Assembly (NCBI GenBank): GCA_964016885.1
Contig: OZ024743.1
Coordinates: forward strand, 159,836,001 to 159,900,000
Reading direction: 5' to 3'
DNA: 64,000 nt
From: Eledone cirrhosa
Taxonomy: Eukaryota
This document shows, piece after piece, positions 49,583-64,000 of this stretch. The notes below the pieces were generated by a model. The model was not told the origin of the DNA. It saw only the letters and a program-made list of their open reading frames with translations, and did no database searches. The position numbers were made by a program, and so were the translations under genes. Positions within the stretch are counted from its first letter, which is position 1, and the number at the start of each line of letters is the position of its first letter.

Positions 49583-52500
49583 ATTATTATTATTATCATC
49601 ATTATTATTATCATTTTTTAAATTTTCTTTCATTATTGTTTCTGAGATATATGCCGAGTGTCTTCCCGACACCTAGGGCAAATAAATTCACAATGTGCAT
49701 CGGTAAGCCAGTTAATAGAGCACATTGATTATAATTAAAAAAAACAAAAACAGCATACATTTATACTCTTGTGCATATACATATGTATATACAAGGAGGG
49801 ATATCAATCCTACAAAGATAGTGCTCTTCTCAATACGTGTGCTGTCCCAGTCAAAACAATTTTTTGCACCTCGTGCAGAGAAGGCAAACCAGGAATCATT
49901 TGCAAATATTGTTCTGTTCCTTTCTTGATCATTCCCAGTCCTCCCACAATCACTGGTTTTGTAACGGCCTTGAGGTGCCACATTTTCTCAATTTCAATAA
50001 GCAGATCTTTATATTTTCGTAGCTTGTCAAACTCTTTTGCCGCGATATTGTGATCACATGGGATGCTCATATCTATCAACAAACAGACCTTGTTATGTTG
50101 ATCTTTTATAATGATGTCAGGTTTATTTGCTTTTATGGTCCTGTCAGTATGTACAGGAATGTCCCAAAGAGTTGTTACTTTTTCTCCTTCAATCACAGCC
50201 TTAGGGTGATGGTTGTACCACTTGTCTTCAGCTTTGATTTTGTATTGCCGACATATTACCCAGTGTAGATATTGGCCAACTCTGTCATGTCTATATTTGT
50301 ATTCTACTAGTGCTAAAACTTTATATCCAGAGACTAAGTGATCCACTGTTTCAACCCCAGCATTGCAGACTCAGCACTTTGGGTTTATTCCGTTTCTCAT
50401 CACATTGGCCTGGTAATTACGAGTCAATAAGCTTTGATCTTGGGCAGCTAAGATGAAGCCTTCATTCTCCGCCTTTAGCCCTGAACTACGTAGCCACTGA
50501 TGGGTGTGCTTTTGGTGAACATCAGCTTGTTTGTTACGGGCCACATATTTGCCATGCCACATATTTGCCATGCAGAGGTTACTGCTCCCAATCTGATGCT
50601 AATTGTCCTTGCCCTTTTGCTTTAGCCTTTGATTTTATGTGCCTAGCAGCATCAGTTGCAACAGTTTCATTAGTTTGTCCAGCCTGGGTATCAAGCATGA
50701 TATCAGTAGGATATATTTTGCTCTCCTTCAAGATAAAATAAAGCTTCTTACTTCTCTCATACTTTTCAACAAGTTTCAGCATACAGTCGTTAGTTGTTTC
50801 AAGGTATTTGGCCAGTCCAATGATGGTGGTCTTGTGAGCAAGTTCAAATTGGATCAGGCCACGGCCTCCCTGAGTTCTAGGAAGGTAAAGACGACCCACA
50901 TCTGGTTTTGGGTGGTGCATCCTATTACAGGTCAGTAGCTTACGGACTTTGGTGTCAATTCTTTTGATTTCAATCATATTCCAGTTCAACACACCGAAGC
51001 TATAAGTGACAATTGGGACTGGCAAGGAATTTATGGCTAGCGCCTTGTTACGAGCATTTAGTTATTATCTCAGAACTGCACGTACTCTCCTGTAACATTC
51101 TGAGTTGACAAGCTTCCCCTTCTTGAAAGTTGATTTTCCAGTGCGTCATTATCTTTGCAATATAGCTTCAAATCATACATATAAAATAGGTGGCTTATTT
51201 TTTTTTTGTCAATTCTACAACCGTACCCTGTTCTATTAAGCTCGGATGTAAGGGGTATTAAAGCTATGCAGAAAAGCAAGGGTGAAAGTGTGTCACTCTG
51301 GAATATACCACAGTTGATGTTTATATTCCCAGAGCACAGTACCCCAGTGGAATGAGACAATTGGAGATTTGTGTTCCATAATGACATATTGTCCTTCAGG
51401 TAGTTTGAGATGACAGGTGAGATTTTGAAGATGTCCACTGATTTCAGAAGCCATGAGTGTGGTATGCTGTCAAAGGCTTTTTTATGCAGAACTGAGATTT
51501 CTGTGTTTATTATGACAGTTCTCAAGGATCATACGATTAATCAAAAGTTGATCTTTGCAACCATATGAACCTCGTCGGCACCCTTTTTGTTCAATGGGGA
51601 AGATTGTTCTCCTCCAAAAACACGTATGCTTTTTCCATGAGAATAGAGGTTAATTGTTTATAAGTGGTGGACAAGCATGTTATGGGCCGATAGTTTTTTT
51701 TTATCTTTGGTTTACTTGTTCTTTGGTAGAAGGTAGGTAATGCCACTTGCTATCCAATCCGGTGTATTTTTTGGATCTTTCATAATTCCATTAAACAGCT
51801 TGACCAATATATTGTGAGTGCACGGGAGTGAGGAAAGCTAGAGATTTGGCACCCTGTCTCTACCAGGAGATTTCCATTCATGAGATTTATTGAGTGCTGT
51901 CCTTAAGTCCGCTATAGAGATGTCTTCCCACGCCAGTTCTTCTAAATTTGCGTAGGATTTTTGCAGGCGACTAATCCAATCTACATTAGTATTATATGTC
52001 TTCTCATCACTCCAAATCTTACTCCAGAAGTTTTCAAATTCTTCTATGGACGGGAGGTCTTCAATAATTATTTTTTTCTTCCCTACTTCTCTATACTCAA
52101 ATTGCTAGCCACTGTTGGCGCAGGAAGGAAGAAATAGCAGGTAATGTGTTGTTATGGAGTTCATCTCATGGAGCAAGAAACTCTGGTCGTCCCAAGAAGA
52201 TATACGTTAAGCAAGTTGAGGACGATACTGGATGCATTGCGGAAGAACTGGCAAACGCTATGAGAGACAGAGCTGGATGGAGGAAACGTGTCGTAGAAGG
52301 CCCAGCACGCCCGACCTGATGATGATGATGACTTCTCTATGAAATGACTTGGCAATTGATGAGAACAACTTATTTTGCCTGTAGAAGTTGTTTCGCTTCT
52401 CGAATCTACGAATTCGTTGGGCTTTTACTTGGACTTTTTGTTTTCAGAGATTCTTTTGTTGAAACTATTGCTTCTCTAGACGACAGTCCATATTTTATCT

Positions 52501-53198
52501 TTAACTTTCTTACCTTCTTGGATCTTATATCATTTCCAGCGGTTAACTCACTCAATAAAGATATTTCTCCTCACATTACGTCAATCTCCTTTTCGATTCT
52601 ACTCCTCCAAATTGGTTTACCTCGAAGATTCGACTGTTTTTTTTTGTTTTTTTTTTGTGGTAAACAACTTGTTTCAATTACTCTAGCAAATGCATAAATG
52701 ATTTCAATTAGCTCAGTACGATCAGGTTCTAGTTCTTTTATGATTTCTTTTGTCACAGAATTACCAATCATTTATACTAGAATGTCTTACTACTGCAAGC
52801 TTATTCAGTATTTTTTGCTTTAATTCCTTCATAGTCTCCCTGTGTTCTTCAGCAGATCTTTGGTTTTCAATTACTGTTTCTAAATCCCTCTCCTGGCTAT
52901 TTTCAGCGGGTTCAATAGGGCTTTTCATTTCTACAAACCTATTTGTGATTTGGTCAGATGGCGGTATTTCAGTAAAGACTTGTGACTGGTTACAATCTCC
53001 AGGAGATTCTTCAGTTCTTTTATCATTTATATTTGTCATTCTCCACAGCCTGCTTGATCGCAGTTAGTTAAATGTCTGTGAGTCTATTATTTCTGAAGAT
53101 AAACCTCCTTACATTTGCCAACTTATTTCCATCCATATCACGTCTGCTAGCTTGATTCCGAGTTTTCCAGATTTTGTAGGAGTTAAAAGTGTGTCTGT

Positions 53199-53202
<4 letters not shown>
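49583..53202 (-). mobile_element. R4/Dong-clade family B, near full length, degenerate
   Basis: KAFDSIPHSW, GIFQSDTLSPLLF, RHDRVGQYLHW, NKPDIII..LIDMSIP, VIVGGLG. (TTA)n on both flanks (49583-49612, 53203-53257). Confidence 0.88.
52095..52330 (+). mobile_element. RTE-clade LINE 3' fragment with (TGA)n tail and 10-bp TSD
   Basis: ASHCWRRKEEIAGNVLLW..GRPKKIYVKQV..AMRDRAGWRKRV. TSD acttctctat at 52085-52094 and 52331-52340. Confidence 0.85.
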
Positions 53203-53246
<44 letters not shown>

Positions 53247-53277
53247 ATTATTATTATGTATATATATATATATTTAA

Positions 53278-53315
<38 letters not shown>

Positions 53316-53320
53316 GTATG

Positions 53321-53370
<50 letters not shown>

Positions 53371-53372
<2 letters not shown>

Positions 53373-53830
53373 AACGAGTAGGACCCCGACGGCTGAGCTC
53401 AAGCCGTCTCGACGGCTATTTCTGGAATAAATTTACTCCAGAATTAGCCGTCGAAACGGCTTGAGCTCAGCCGTCGGAGTCCTACTGGTTCCTATTACCC
53501 ACTCTACTACCCTAAGTATTGAGTACTTTGGTGCGTTATGGTCCATCTGGTTCCTTACCACATTTTCTTCGTTATATATATATAACAAAGATGGTGTGGT
53601 AAGATACCAGGTGGACCATAATGCACCAGAGTACTGAATACTTATGGTAGTAGAGTGGGTAATAGGAAAAAAAATATATAGAGAGAGAGAGGAAGATCCG
53701 AACTAAGTTCGGTTCTGTCGAAACGGCCGGAGCTCAGCCATCGGGGTCCTGGCTCTTTTCCTATCACCCACTTTGCTACCCTATGTATTCAGTTATGGTC
53801 CACCTGGTATTTTACCACACCCTCTTTGTT
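53371..53830. mobile_element. Cluster of family P fold-back elements
   Basis: Palindrome at 53371-53493, inverted fragment at 53585-53670, third copy at 53691-53830. Confidence 0.8.
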
Positions 53831-53920
53831 ATACATATATATATATATATATATAAATATATAAATGTGTGTGTGCGCGTGTGTGTATGTGAGTGTGTGT
53901 GCATGTGTGTGTGTGTGTGC

Positions 53921-54114
<194 letters not shown>

Positions 54115-54876
54115 GCAGATAAGCTATACTTTCATAAGTAAGGGTTAATATAATTGTGGAAATCATACGAGCATTAGAAGATTAATTCGTTAGATAGAAA
54201 ATGATGCGTATGTGTTTTGCGGGAGGGGGTAAATACAACCGTATGAATTTTTATTCTTGCACCGATACTGTACCTTATAAAAAAATATCGGAATAGATAG
54301 TAGACACAACCCTTACGATTTGACTAAATGAATATACATAATTTTTTTCAGCTTTTCATTTATTCATTATTTATATCGTGTTTGAAGTTACATTATCTAG
54401 ATGTGCTTTCCGTATCTAGATGTGTCTCCTTTTTTCATATTTCTTTGTTTTCATCTCATTTGTCTTTATTCTCCATTTGTAATGTTTCCCATTATGCGAT
54501 GCACTATTTATTTACATTGATCAAACCAACTATTTTTTGTTTGTGTTCTCTGTATTATAGTTTGAAGCTAACGATAAACAATAGTATATTCTTCTTATCA
54601 GACATTTCCATAAAGTATTTCGAATAACGAGGGAATTGAAGGATTCTTGTTTTGGCCTGCATAAGATACACTGATGCATTAATATCTTTCTTACTGACAA
54701 TAATTAGGGCTTAGAATAAGTTTAGACATAGCCGTGTGCCTTCGAAGCTCGCTTGGCATCCACGTTGTTATGTGTTTATTCCTAAGATAAGGAAATAGCA
54801 GAGTTGTTAGTGCGTTGGATACCTGACAGTATTCGGTTAGGTCCTCTGTATTCTAATTTCTAATATGTGGAAAATA

Positions 54877-55010
54877 TGTTATTTAATCAAGTTAGACGAT
54901 TAGAAAATTTCAAACAACACGGTGAAGAGAGAAAACAGCAATGTTTGAAGATATGATTCACTTATCGCTTAATAACAGTTATCTTACAGCCTCAATAACA
55001 AATATTACCT
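54877..55010 (+). repeat. Old dispersed repeat, second copy at about 61601-61735
   Basis: tgttatttaatcaagtt.gac...tgttt.aagatatgatt...tatcg...ttatct.aca...aacaaatat is shared. Confidence 0.55.
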
Positions 55011-55917
55011 AATATATTTCCGGTGGAGAAATGAAATTCTTATTTATGTATTTACATTTTGCCCTGTCTCCTTTCTCTCTCTCTTTCTCTCGTGAAGAAA
55101 TCAGCTGGCGTCAGACCTGAAGGAGCGTGGGCTCCACTAGTTTGAAAAAAATAGCGAAGTTGTCACCTATATGGCACACTCAAACATTTAGGGCTCGAAG
55201 AATGGCAGAAAGAAAATGCAATTCTAGTGCGCATGACTTTTGAGATGTGTCGTCTGTCATAGTCCCCAGTTGAGCCAAGCATTTGAAATGAAATTGAGTA
55301 GAGGATGTCTACTTGAATGTTTATTGGACTGCTCCTCATCTTGCGTAGGAAACGTATTATTCACATGCATTACGATTATCACATGACACTTTGTTGCTTT
55401 TAGTGGAGTCCATTGTATTTTAAGCATTCGGTTAAAAGTCTTTGGTCGGAGGATAAATCGATATTTTGATATGCTCCTTCATAATACCTGGCACATATCC
55501 CCACTCATGACGGCCATTCAAAACCATTGCCACAGCGATTCCTACTCTGACTACGACATACAAAAATACATTAGCTAATGTTGAGTTTAGATATGTCTTC
55601 ATAATGATGTGATTTTTCAAAATATTAATGGAAGCTTCTGAGTTATATTATGGATGAGAATGTGTGTATATGTGGGTGTTGTCGCTTGAAACATTTGTTT
55701 GAAATATTTCCTCTATATAATTATGGTAAATCTACACGGATTTGAATTTTAATAATAATGTATCACCAACGTAAACTATTTTTGTTGTCTGTGAAATTAT
55801 TTAAGCTAATAGACTATAAACGCATATATACCTGTGAGGATTTATAGATGCATGTGATAATAGTTATCTGTGATACACACTCACAAACACATGCACACAC
55901 ACGCGCACACACACGCG

Positions 55918-55991
<74 letters not shown>

Positions 55992-56035
55992 CGATATTAA
56001 ATAAATGGAAACTATATTTATAAAACCATATTTAT

Positions 56036-56096
56036 TTCATTATACATATTTCAGGGATACCAAATTAAAATATGGCATGCCTTCGTCAGATAAAAT
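56036..56096 (-). ncRNA. Degenerate hammerhead motif
   Basis: CUGACGA-AGGCAUGCCA-loop-UGGUAUCCCU-GAAAUAUGUA. Stem I is poor. Confidence 0.45.
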
Positions 56097-56133
<37 letters not shown>

Positions 56134-56135
<2 letters not shown>

Positions 56136-56329
56136 CAAAGGAATTGTGGTAAGGTACCAGATGGACCATAACACACCAGAGTACTCAATACTTAGGGTAG
56201 TAGAGTGGGAAATAGGAAAAAGTATGACCCCGACGGCAGAGCTCTAGCCGTTTCGATGGCTATTTCTGGACTCCAGAAATAGCCGTCGAAACGGCTAGAG
56301 CTCTGCCGTCGGGGTCATACTTGTTCCTA
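56134..56329. mobile_element. Family P element with near-perfect ~58-bp palindrome
   Basis: ataggaaaaagtatgaccccgacggcagagctctagccgtttcga..ctgga-c-tccag..tcgaaacggctagagctctgccgtcggggtcatacttgttcctat. Confidence 0.85.
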
Positions 56330-56479
56330 TATATATATACATATAATATATATATATATATATTCCTGTCTTTCGGAGTGTATATGCCTAGCTTGTCCGA
56401 CTATTTACTATTCAAACCTATATTCTGGGAGATTTTAGTAAACAAATAATCCAATATACTCATATATAAACCAAATTAT

Positions 56480-57420
56480 ATTTCTTTTCCCAGTTTTATG
56501 TGTATTTTCAGTGGTATTGTTAGGTATATATTTTTTTTCTCTGAATATTCTGTCTCCAAGTGTTCTGTTGTAGAATGGGACCGCTCTATTAAATACGGAA
56601 GATAATTTAGAGATTATACACCTAATGTTAAGGACTATGTTTTTAAAGATTGCTGGAGGGCGGTACGCACCTGCACTGTCTTATTATATCGTTAGACCTG
56701 TGGTAGCTAAATGTAATTTAAAACCTGAGAAATTGGCATTGGTTAGATTAGCATCTACGTTTATTTTAAGTCCTAATTTTAGTTCTTTTCTCTGTAAGGA
56801 TATTGAAGCAATCTACCCATGAAGAAGTATTTCTCCAGTTATAAATCAGTGCTATTATTGGTATGAATATTTATCTCTTTTAATATCTTCTTACTGGCTA
56901 ATCCTATAACGAATCTAGCGACCGTACTTAATCTACAGCTAGGTCTATTATTAAAGTCATGTTTATGATCCTTCATTGTGATATAATCTTTACATTTTGT
57001 TAGATTTTCAGTTATTTTATGTATCTTATAGTATATAGTGATGTCTTTAGCTTCGATATTAATTTTAACATAGATACTAGATTTTGCCTTCTGATATTTG
57101 TTAGTAATATAAGATTTTATTTTATTTATCCTTATCCTCTTCATATAGGTTATTAATTTCAAGAGAAAAGACGAAATATTTCTAGAAAAATATAATATTT
57201 ATTCCTGTCATGCGAAACTTTAGTTTTGAAATGTTTATAGTACTTGCGGAACCATTTATAATGAGTCTGCTTCGAAGGTGGCTAGGTCTCTAATTCTATG
57301 AGGATATTTGTATGATTTTATATTAAAATGACCGGTGGCAGTGGTGGGTCCAGCCAACACTAGTGCATTCTATGTAAATCTTCACACAACATTTTCCAGT
57401 TTCTCTATGAGCATTTTATT
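56480..57420 (-). mobile_element. Degenerate Penelope-like RT region
   Basis: YITMKDHKHDFNNRPSCRL..IGLASKKILKEIN and KLGLKINVDANLTNANF. Confidence 0.7.
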
Positions 57421-58803
57421 ATAATATGTATTGGTGCTGTATCTCCTTGTATCTCTACAGTGTTCACCTTGATGGGCTAATATTTGCCAATCTCATTAGT
57501 ATATAATAGACTATGCATTTCTCCCTTTTCCTAAAACAATAAGGATATAATAGTGGCCGAAATCCTCAGATAAGTATCAAAACACTAAAAATGTATTATA
57601 TAGGGGATACCCACAAATCTATTCAAATGCTCTCTCAGTACAGAAGAATACAGGCCGAGAAACACAAAATACCACTATCGTACACCCGTTGCTGTCCACT
57701 AAATTGGTGTCAAGCCAACACACACTTCCCACTGCACCCAATGACAGTTAAATAAAACAAGCTCTATAAATAACACATGCATCTTTAGCAAAACACATAT
57801 CACACACCAACTATATTAATATACACATAAACAAATTCACTCACACAAATACACAAATACACAGCGTATAAATATTTAACAATACACTACTTGATAAAAG
57901 CACACCCTTTCTACCATAATCCATAGAATTATACTTGAGAAAATATGAATATACACATACATGCGATACAGACACGTTATCAATTACAATAATAATTTCT
58001 TTAAAAAATATAAACATACACACACACGAATGACTCGATCAGGGTAATAAAAACAACACATGTATTTGAAATTCATCTCATAAATTTGAAAACTCGATCA
58101 CAAGAAACATCTGTTAAAACAGCCGATTGCGGCCAATTTCCTGTAAGTCTGGTAAAAATACACCCCAGGACATAATTCAGTGGCCAGTAGTCGCAAAAGT
58201 GAAACAGAATGTTGTGAGATGGGTGACAGGTAAATGGAATGTAGAGATGATTGAAAGAGGAATGTGTTAGCACGCATGCGTGATAAGCAATTAAGAAAGA
58301 AAGAAAGAAAGAGAGAAAGAAAGGAAGAAAAGTGGTGACTAAGCTTATAATAGTCGAGAGTAAAGTTATGAAATTCACAAGATGATACAAAAAGAACAAA
58401 CTCATCTGACTTCATCAGCTCTAGATCTGGCTTGCAGTTTCACACGAATTAATTGAGAGGGGCACAACATTTTATGTCAGTTTGTGCAACGGAAAATAAA
58501 TAAACAATTCTGGTGGAATGATGCTTTTGCAACTCAATCAAAACAAACAAAACATGAAAATACAGACGGGATTTCATGTAAGTAACGTCGGTTATCAAGG
58601 CATTGCCTGAAAGATAAGCAACGCTAACAGATATACCACTTCTAAGATCTATGCTGTGAAACATTAGATGGCCTGCAGCTTATTCATAATAATGTAATTT
58701 ACCTATGTAGTTAACATAGAGCGTTCTCTTCCCTTCTCTTGCCTACAGAAATTATTGGCACTACACATTGACACATACACACGCAAAGATACACACATAT
58801 GTA

Positions 58804-58878
<75 letters not shown>

Positions 58879-59480
58879 ATAAAATTAGAATTTTATTAGC
58901 TGATATATAAATGTAGGTATACACATACGCACGCACACACACACACACACACACACACATACATACACATACATACACACACACAAATATATATATGTGT
59001 GTGTACGTGTGCATACTTACATGTTTGTATCAGCTGTGCTAGGGCGAGAAATAATATTCTAATTTTATTTCTAATATTCGGCAAGGCCAGCCGTGATTCG
59101 CTCCGTATCGAAATGAGGTTACTCAGCCGATGTGTACTTAAGAAAACATTACATATTTTCAACCGTTCAACAGACTGGCAGAGGTATACAGGCGTGATGT
59201 AGGGTAATGACCCAGAAACATGTTGATTGTTCCTCAAAGCCAGTGTTGAACAAACAGGTGATGATAGAGCACCGGCACAGCTTCAAATCGGGCCGTTTGT
59301 TTACAAACGAATCGAACATTATAATAATGTTCGATATAACCCATATGTGCATATGTGTGTGTATATATGTGTATGTATATATATATTATATATATATATA
59401 TATATATACGTGGCTACTTGGCAAATAATTATATGTATCACCTATCCTCCCCTTTTTTTCTCTTTCTCGATACGTAAATA

Positions 59481-59593
<113 letters not shown>

Positions 59594-59610
59594 TATATAT
59601 ACACACACAG

Positions 59611-59673
<63 letters not shown>

Positions 59674-62039
59674 ACAGTTGTCTTTAAGTATTTATTTGAT
59701 TGATTCATTATTCAATATTTTAAATATAACTTGTAGTGAATGTATCTTATCTCATGTTATATACATAATAAATATCTTAGGGAACTATCAATTTAGTTTT
59801 CTCGCCTCACATTTATACGTCTGGCATGATATGTCGGGTGTGATAATGTATTAGAAAACAACCATAACTAACACAACAGGAGGCCACCAAATTTGGCTAC
59901 CATAAATTGAAACGAATAAATGAGAACAATATTTTTGTTTAGAGAAAGTGAAGATCAGTGTATTGCCATGAATAAAGTCAGTAATCCACAGTAATATTTA
60001 TTGCACCCACTAATACACCGGCCAGAGAAATATGGAAGGTTTCTCTTTCAAAACCGTTTAATCAACTCATGTGTTGCATTATCAAGAGCAACGCCAAATA
60101 CACAATGCATAGCAGCATCAAAAAATAAACATATAGAGACCACGCCATAAATGAACCTAGATGAATCAGAGGAGTACTACTAGCAAATGACGTATGTCCC
60201 TTTATGGATCATACCAATAACTTCAGATTTCTTATATATCTTCTACCTAAATGCAATTACGATATGTATAATGAACCTTAAAGCAGGTACTGTCTATAGA
60301 CCCCCAATAATAAACAAGTATAAATTAATTAATGACGTGATTATTCGAAGTCTATTTGGTGAATATACTCTCATCGACTGACTTAACACTCAGATGCATT
60401 TAGGCTGGTTTATCTTGCATAACACATCGCCTAAATAACTTCCTAGACACCTTCCTGAAGCTTTTTAGCAAACACATAAAGAGCAATCTAAAAAACACCT
60501 ATATTGTTTTGTTGAGTGCTGTGAACCCATATAGCATCAATAGAATATTTTTGGAAATAAATTCAAGAGTTATTTAAATTAAAACAGGGAACATTCCTGG
60601 AAACCTGATTTATCTCATGGAGGGAAATTTTGATAAACCCTCACACTCGATTTGTTTGGTGTTCAATGTATCAGATATACTAATAACAAAAAGAATTCCA
60701 AGCCTATAAAGTGATATATATTTTAAATCTATGAACGCCCGACAATAACACCTTGCTACATCGTCTCTTCCAAAATACACGTGGACTAGCTTTCCATTAA
60801 ATTTAACTAATTGACCTGCACTTCTCTCTCAGTCTCAACAACAATAAACCACAGAAATAGCTTCAATAATATATATAAGACAAGGCAAACCGTGAACTTT
60901 GAGAAGCAAAAAGAGTGGTATGTTGTGTATTCGATGCTTAACAAAAAGAACGGTGAAATTTACTCAAACATCCAATTAAGAATGTTCGTGACTGTGGTGT
61001 GAATACGATCTCGAATCCAGTAAATATGAGTGAACGTACCTTATATGTTACAGCAAAAATTATTGTATAATTAAAACACTAACATTCATAAAATAAAGTT
61101 TCTTTTTTTCTGAAATTCTCCCGAATGGAGAATCTGTTTTTGTTTCTACAAAAAAACAACAACAAAAATAACAACAAAACATCAACAAAAATAAACACAC
61201 AAAAAGCATAAGCGCAACTCAACTCTTATCAGAGTCTTATTCTTCCATTGAGTACGTCGTAACTACTGTGAAATGATATACAGGCATCATACAGCATAGA
61301 ATGCAAGACGCCTTTCATATCTTAATCAAACAACTCTAACATTTGAAAACGTACAATCGCAAAACTCTATAAACACATGTCAGCTTCCGGACAACATTTG
61401 TAGCCAATGTGCAGCTGTTTCAAAAACTTCATAATATTGAAGTTCGTATCTTAATTTCGTTTGGGGTACAAATGCATCAAGTATACTTGTAACTTATATA
61501 TAAGTTGTTTGTCTCTATCAGTGACAAGCACACCATGTGACAATGGTCGAATTGACAGAAACGTAAATCACAAGTGACACATATTTGCCTGTTTAAAAGG
61601 TGTTATTTAATCAAGTTGGACTATAAGTGTATTTTAAATAACTAGGCGAAAATAGAAGACAGAATTGTTTAAAGATATGATTGAAATATCGTTTGATAAA
61701 AATTATCTGACATCCCCAACAACAAATATAATTCCATAATATGAGATAAGAATTGTGGCTGTCAAAAGATAAGTCCGTGATCGCTGTGAGAAAATGTTTA
61801 TTGCATTGAAAATCTCAGACTTTAGATGGCGTTTGTCAGTATAATTGACATTCAAGCTCCTCATATATTTAATTCAATAGGAGATTAAATGTCATTGAAT
61901 AAACGAGAAGCATATGCAATAAGTACTCACAATTCAGAAAACATTTAACTATACTAAGTTGAAATAATATATTAGTATACACAGGCATATTTACATAAAC
62001 ATAAAAGGAGATACTGATAAGACTTGCCCTGGTCACTTC

Positions 62040-62532
62040 CACCATGGTAAAGCTGAATGTCATATGCAGGTCCATCAATTTTCCAATGAGAAGTTCTTGA
62101 TGACTTCGATCCTTTTGTAAGGGTGTCAGAGGTGGACACTCACACCAGTCTTGGAATGAAAAATCCAGTCATTCGTGCGTACTGGCTTCGGATGGTGGAG
62201 CACAAAACAAACATCTTTGTCAGGTAGCAATTCACCAAACATGCTGGCAGACAAGAACCACTCACTGCAATAGTGAGAAGACGGATGTTTGTCTGGTATG
62301 TTCAGGTATCCCGTATAAATCTTTGACTAAAACCATCATTTAGGGTACAGTCGAGACAGGAAGAAGGAGTGACAAAGAAAATCTTGGTCCGACAACATCA
62401 AAGACTGGACAGGTCGCAACACCATGACCCTTATATACATGACTGAGACCGGCGGCGACGGCGGATTACCAAAGTAACTAGAGTGATACCCCCAACAATT
62501 CGCTGCACCAGTTGAGGGAACATGATTGATTG
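62040..62532 (+). mobile_element. Old RTE-clade LINE 3' fragment
   Basis: QEPLTAIVRRRMFVWY..LTKTII*GTVETGRR..SWSDNIKDWTG; tail tgattgattga. Confidence 0.6.
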
Positions 62533-63340
62533 AAAAGAAAACTCATGAATACAGAAAACGTCCATGGAGTTTTATCCTTACATGGTCATATACACATCGA
62601 AGATCCACCTAAAAGAATAATATATACATCAGGCATAGAACAAGACTCTCAAGATATACTCAAGTAGGCTGGTTCCTCTTTTCTCTCTCTCGTCTACGAT
62701 TTCACAGAACTTATGTTCACCGAATTCACGGACTGGACTCCTTCTTCCGCCCGTTTGACCTGTGCAGAATTCCTTCTTTGCTCACATTTCGACTAAGTTT
62801 GATGGTCTTTATTCTCTCTCGTTCACGATTTCACCGAACTTATATTCATGGAAATCTGGGACTGACTCTTTCTTCCTCACTTTTCGTTGCTTTACCATCT
62901 TTGTTTGTTTACACTCTCGCTCGTTCCACTTATTTACGTGTCCCAACGACTTTCTTTAGCCGTGGCTCGCACCAACCGGAGGTATATGGTCTTTAAAGCG
63001 ATGAAATACCAATGATGGTTGGAAGATCACTGATGAACGACTAACTTTATTCATATATATATATATATAATTGGAAAAAATGAAATTTCATTTCTCACTC
63101 TTAGTACGGCTAATACTTAAATATAAGTATGTATACCTACATACATATATGTATACATACGTACAGTAGTATATATATACATATATACAGGCACACATAT
63201 ATATATATATATGTATGTACGTATGGGTTTACCGAACATTTATTATAATGCTCGGTTTGTTTGTAAAGAAACAGCCCGAATTATTAGTCGTAGAGTGTTC
63301 GGTAACCATCGTTGCCATTTTGGTCAACACTGACAAAGAA

Positions 63341-63383
63341 ACGATGTACTAGCTTCTAGCTTATTAGCTGTCATCAGTACCGT
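63341..63383 (-). ncRNA. Hammerhead ribozyme, mutated copy (GAAA to GAAG)
   Basis: ACGGUA-CUGAUGA-c-AGCU-aaua-AGCU-a-GAAGCUAGUA/CAUCGU. Confidence 0.6.
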
Positions 63384-63826
63384 ATACGTTCCTCTCAATT
63401 GATTGATCGTTTGAAAGTATATACTTTCCTTATGCATATTAACGGCTGACCAGCATAATTTGCATATCGAGTCAGTCAGTCGGCCGGGCGTACCGAAAAT
63501 GGTAAATGAAAAAAAAAAATTACAAACAAACCAGCATTATAATAAATGTTCAGTAAACCCATACGTACATATATATATGTGTTCATGTATGTATTTATAT
63601 ACAGACTACTGTACGTCTGTATACATATGTGTATATACGTATACATACTTATATTTAAGTATCAGCAGTACTAAAAGTGAGAAATGAAATTTCATTTTTT
63701 CCATTTATCGTTTTCGGTACGCCCGGCCGACGGACACACTCGATATGCAACTTAGGCTGCTCAGCCGTTAATATGCATAAGGAAACTATATACTTTCAAA
63801 CGTTCAATCAACTGACAGGAAGGGAT

Positions 63827-63869
63827 ACGGTGCTGATGACAGCTAATAAGCTAGAAACTAGTACATCGT
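63827..63869 (+). ncRNA. Type I hammerhead ribozyme
   Basis: ACGGUG-CUGAUGA-c-AGCU-aaua-AGCU-a-GAAAC-ua-GUA/CAUCGU. 6-bp stem I, palindromic stem III ACUAGU. Confidence 0.82.
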
Positions 63870-64000
63870 TTCTTTGTCAGTGGTGACCAAAATGGCAACA
63901 ATGGTTGCCGAACACTCTACGGCTAATAATTCGGGCTGTTTGTATTACAAACAAACCGAGTATTTGGTAAACCCACATGTACATATATATATATGTGTGC

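Larger units (their letters stand above)
63072..64000. mobile_element. Retrozyme-like ~425-bp HHR-containing unit; one minus-strand copy (63072-63510) and at least 1.1 tandem plus-strand copies (63521-64000)
   Basis: tacaaacaaacc recurs at 63521 and 63946. The plus copy reads continuously through the ends of the minus copy. No credible ORF. Confidence 0.75.

Noticed and set aside
59870-61500. Possible very old Penelope-like coding relic
   Set aside because: Only faint motif hints (TVYRP); not supportable without a profile search.
62684-62880. ~130-bp diverged tandem duplication
   Set aside because: Real but unclassifiable, with no structure suggesting function.

Overview
AT-rich, microsatellite-dense animal genomic DNA. 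The tRNA-headed SINE with a (TTA)n tail resembles octopod cephalopod SINEs as I recall them, so the organism is inferred, not proven. No host gene is supportable; the window is almost entirely nested mobile DNA. It holds (i) at least 7 copies of R4/Dong-clade non-LTR retrotransposons (RT plus restriction-like endonuclease) from about 3 families, mostly in (TAA)n, one with an uninterrupted 863-aa ORF; (ii) a near full-length but frameshifted L1/Tx1-clade LINE in a (TAA)n tract; (iii) several Penelope-like elements (PLEs, RT plus GIY-YIG) with inverted terminal copies; (iv) RTE 3' fragments, about 11 SINE copies, a mariner-type MITE and a Chapaev3-like transposase relic. The most notable layer is non-coding: about 14 type-I hammerhead ribozyme (HHR) motifs from about 9 unrelated families. 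They include a ~425-bp tandem, circularly permuted retrozyme-like unit, a recurrent CAGAAGA (U4A) core variant, an inverted PLE arm starting exactly at the predicted HHR cleavage site, and palindromes folding back at a putative HHR stem II. All folds were done by eye and none has been tested for activity.
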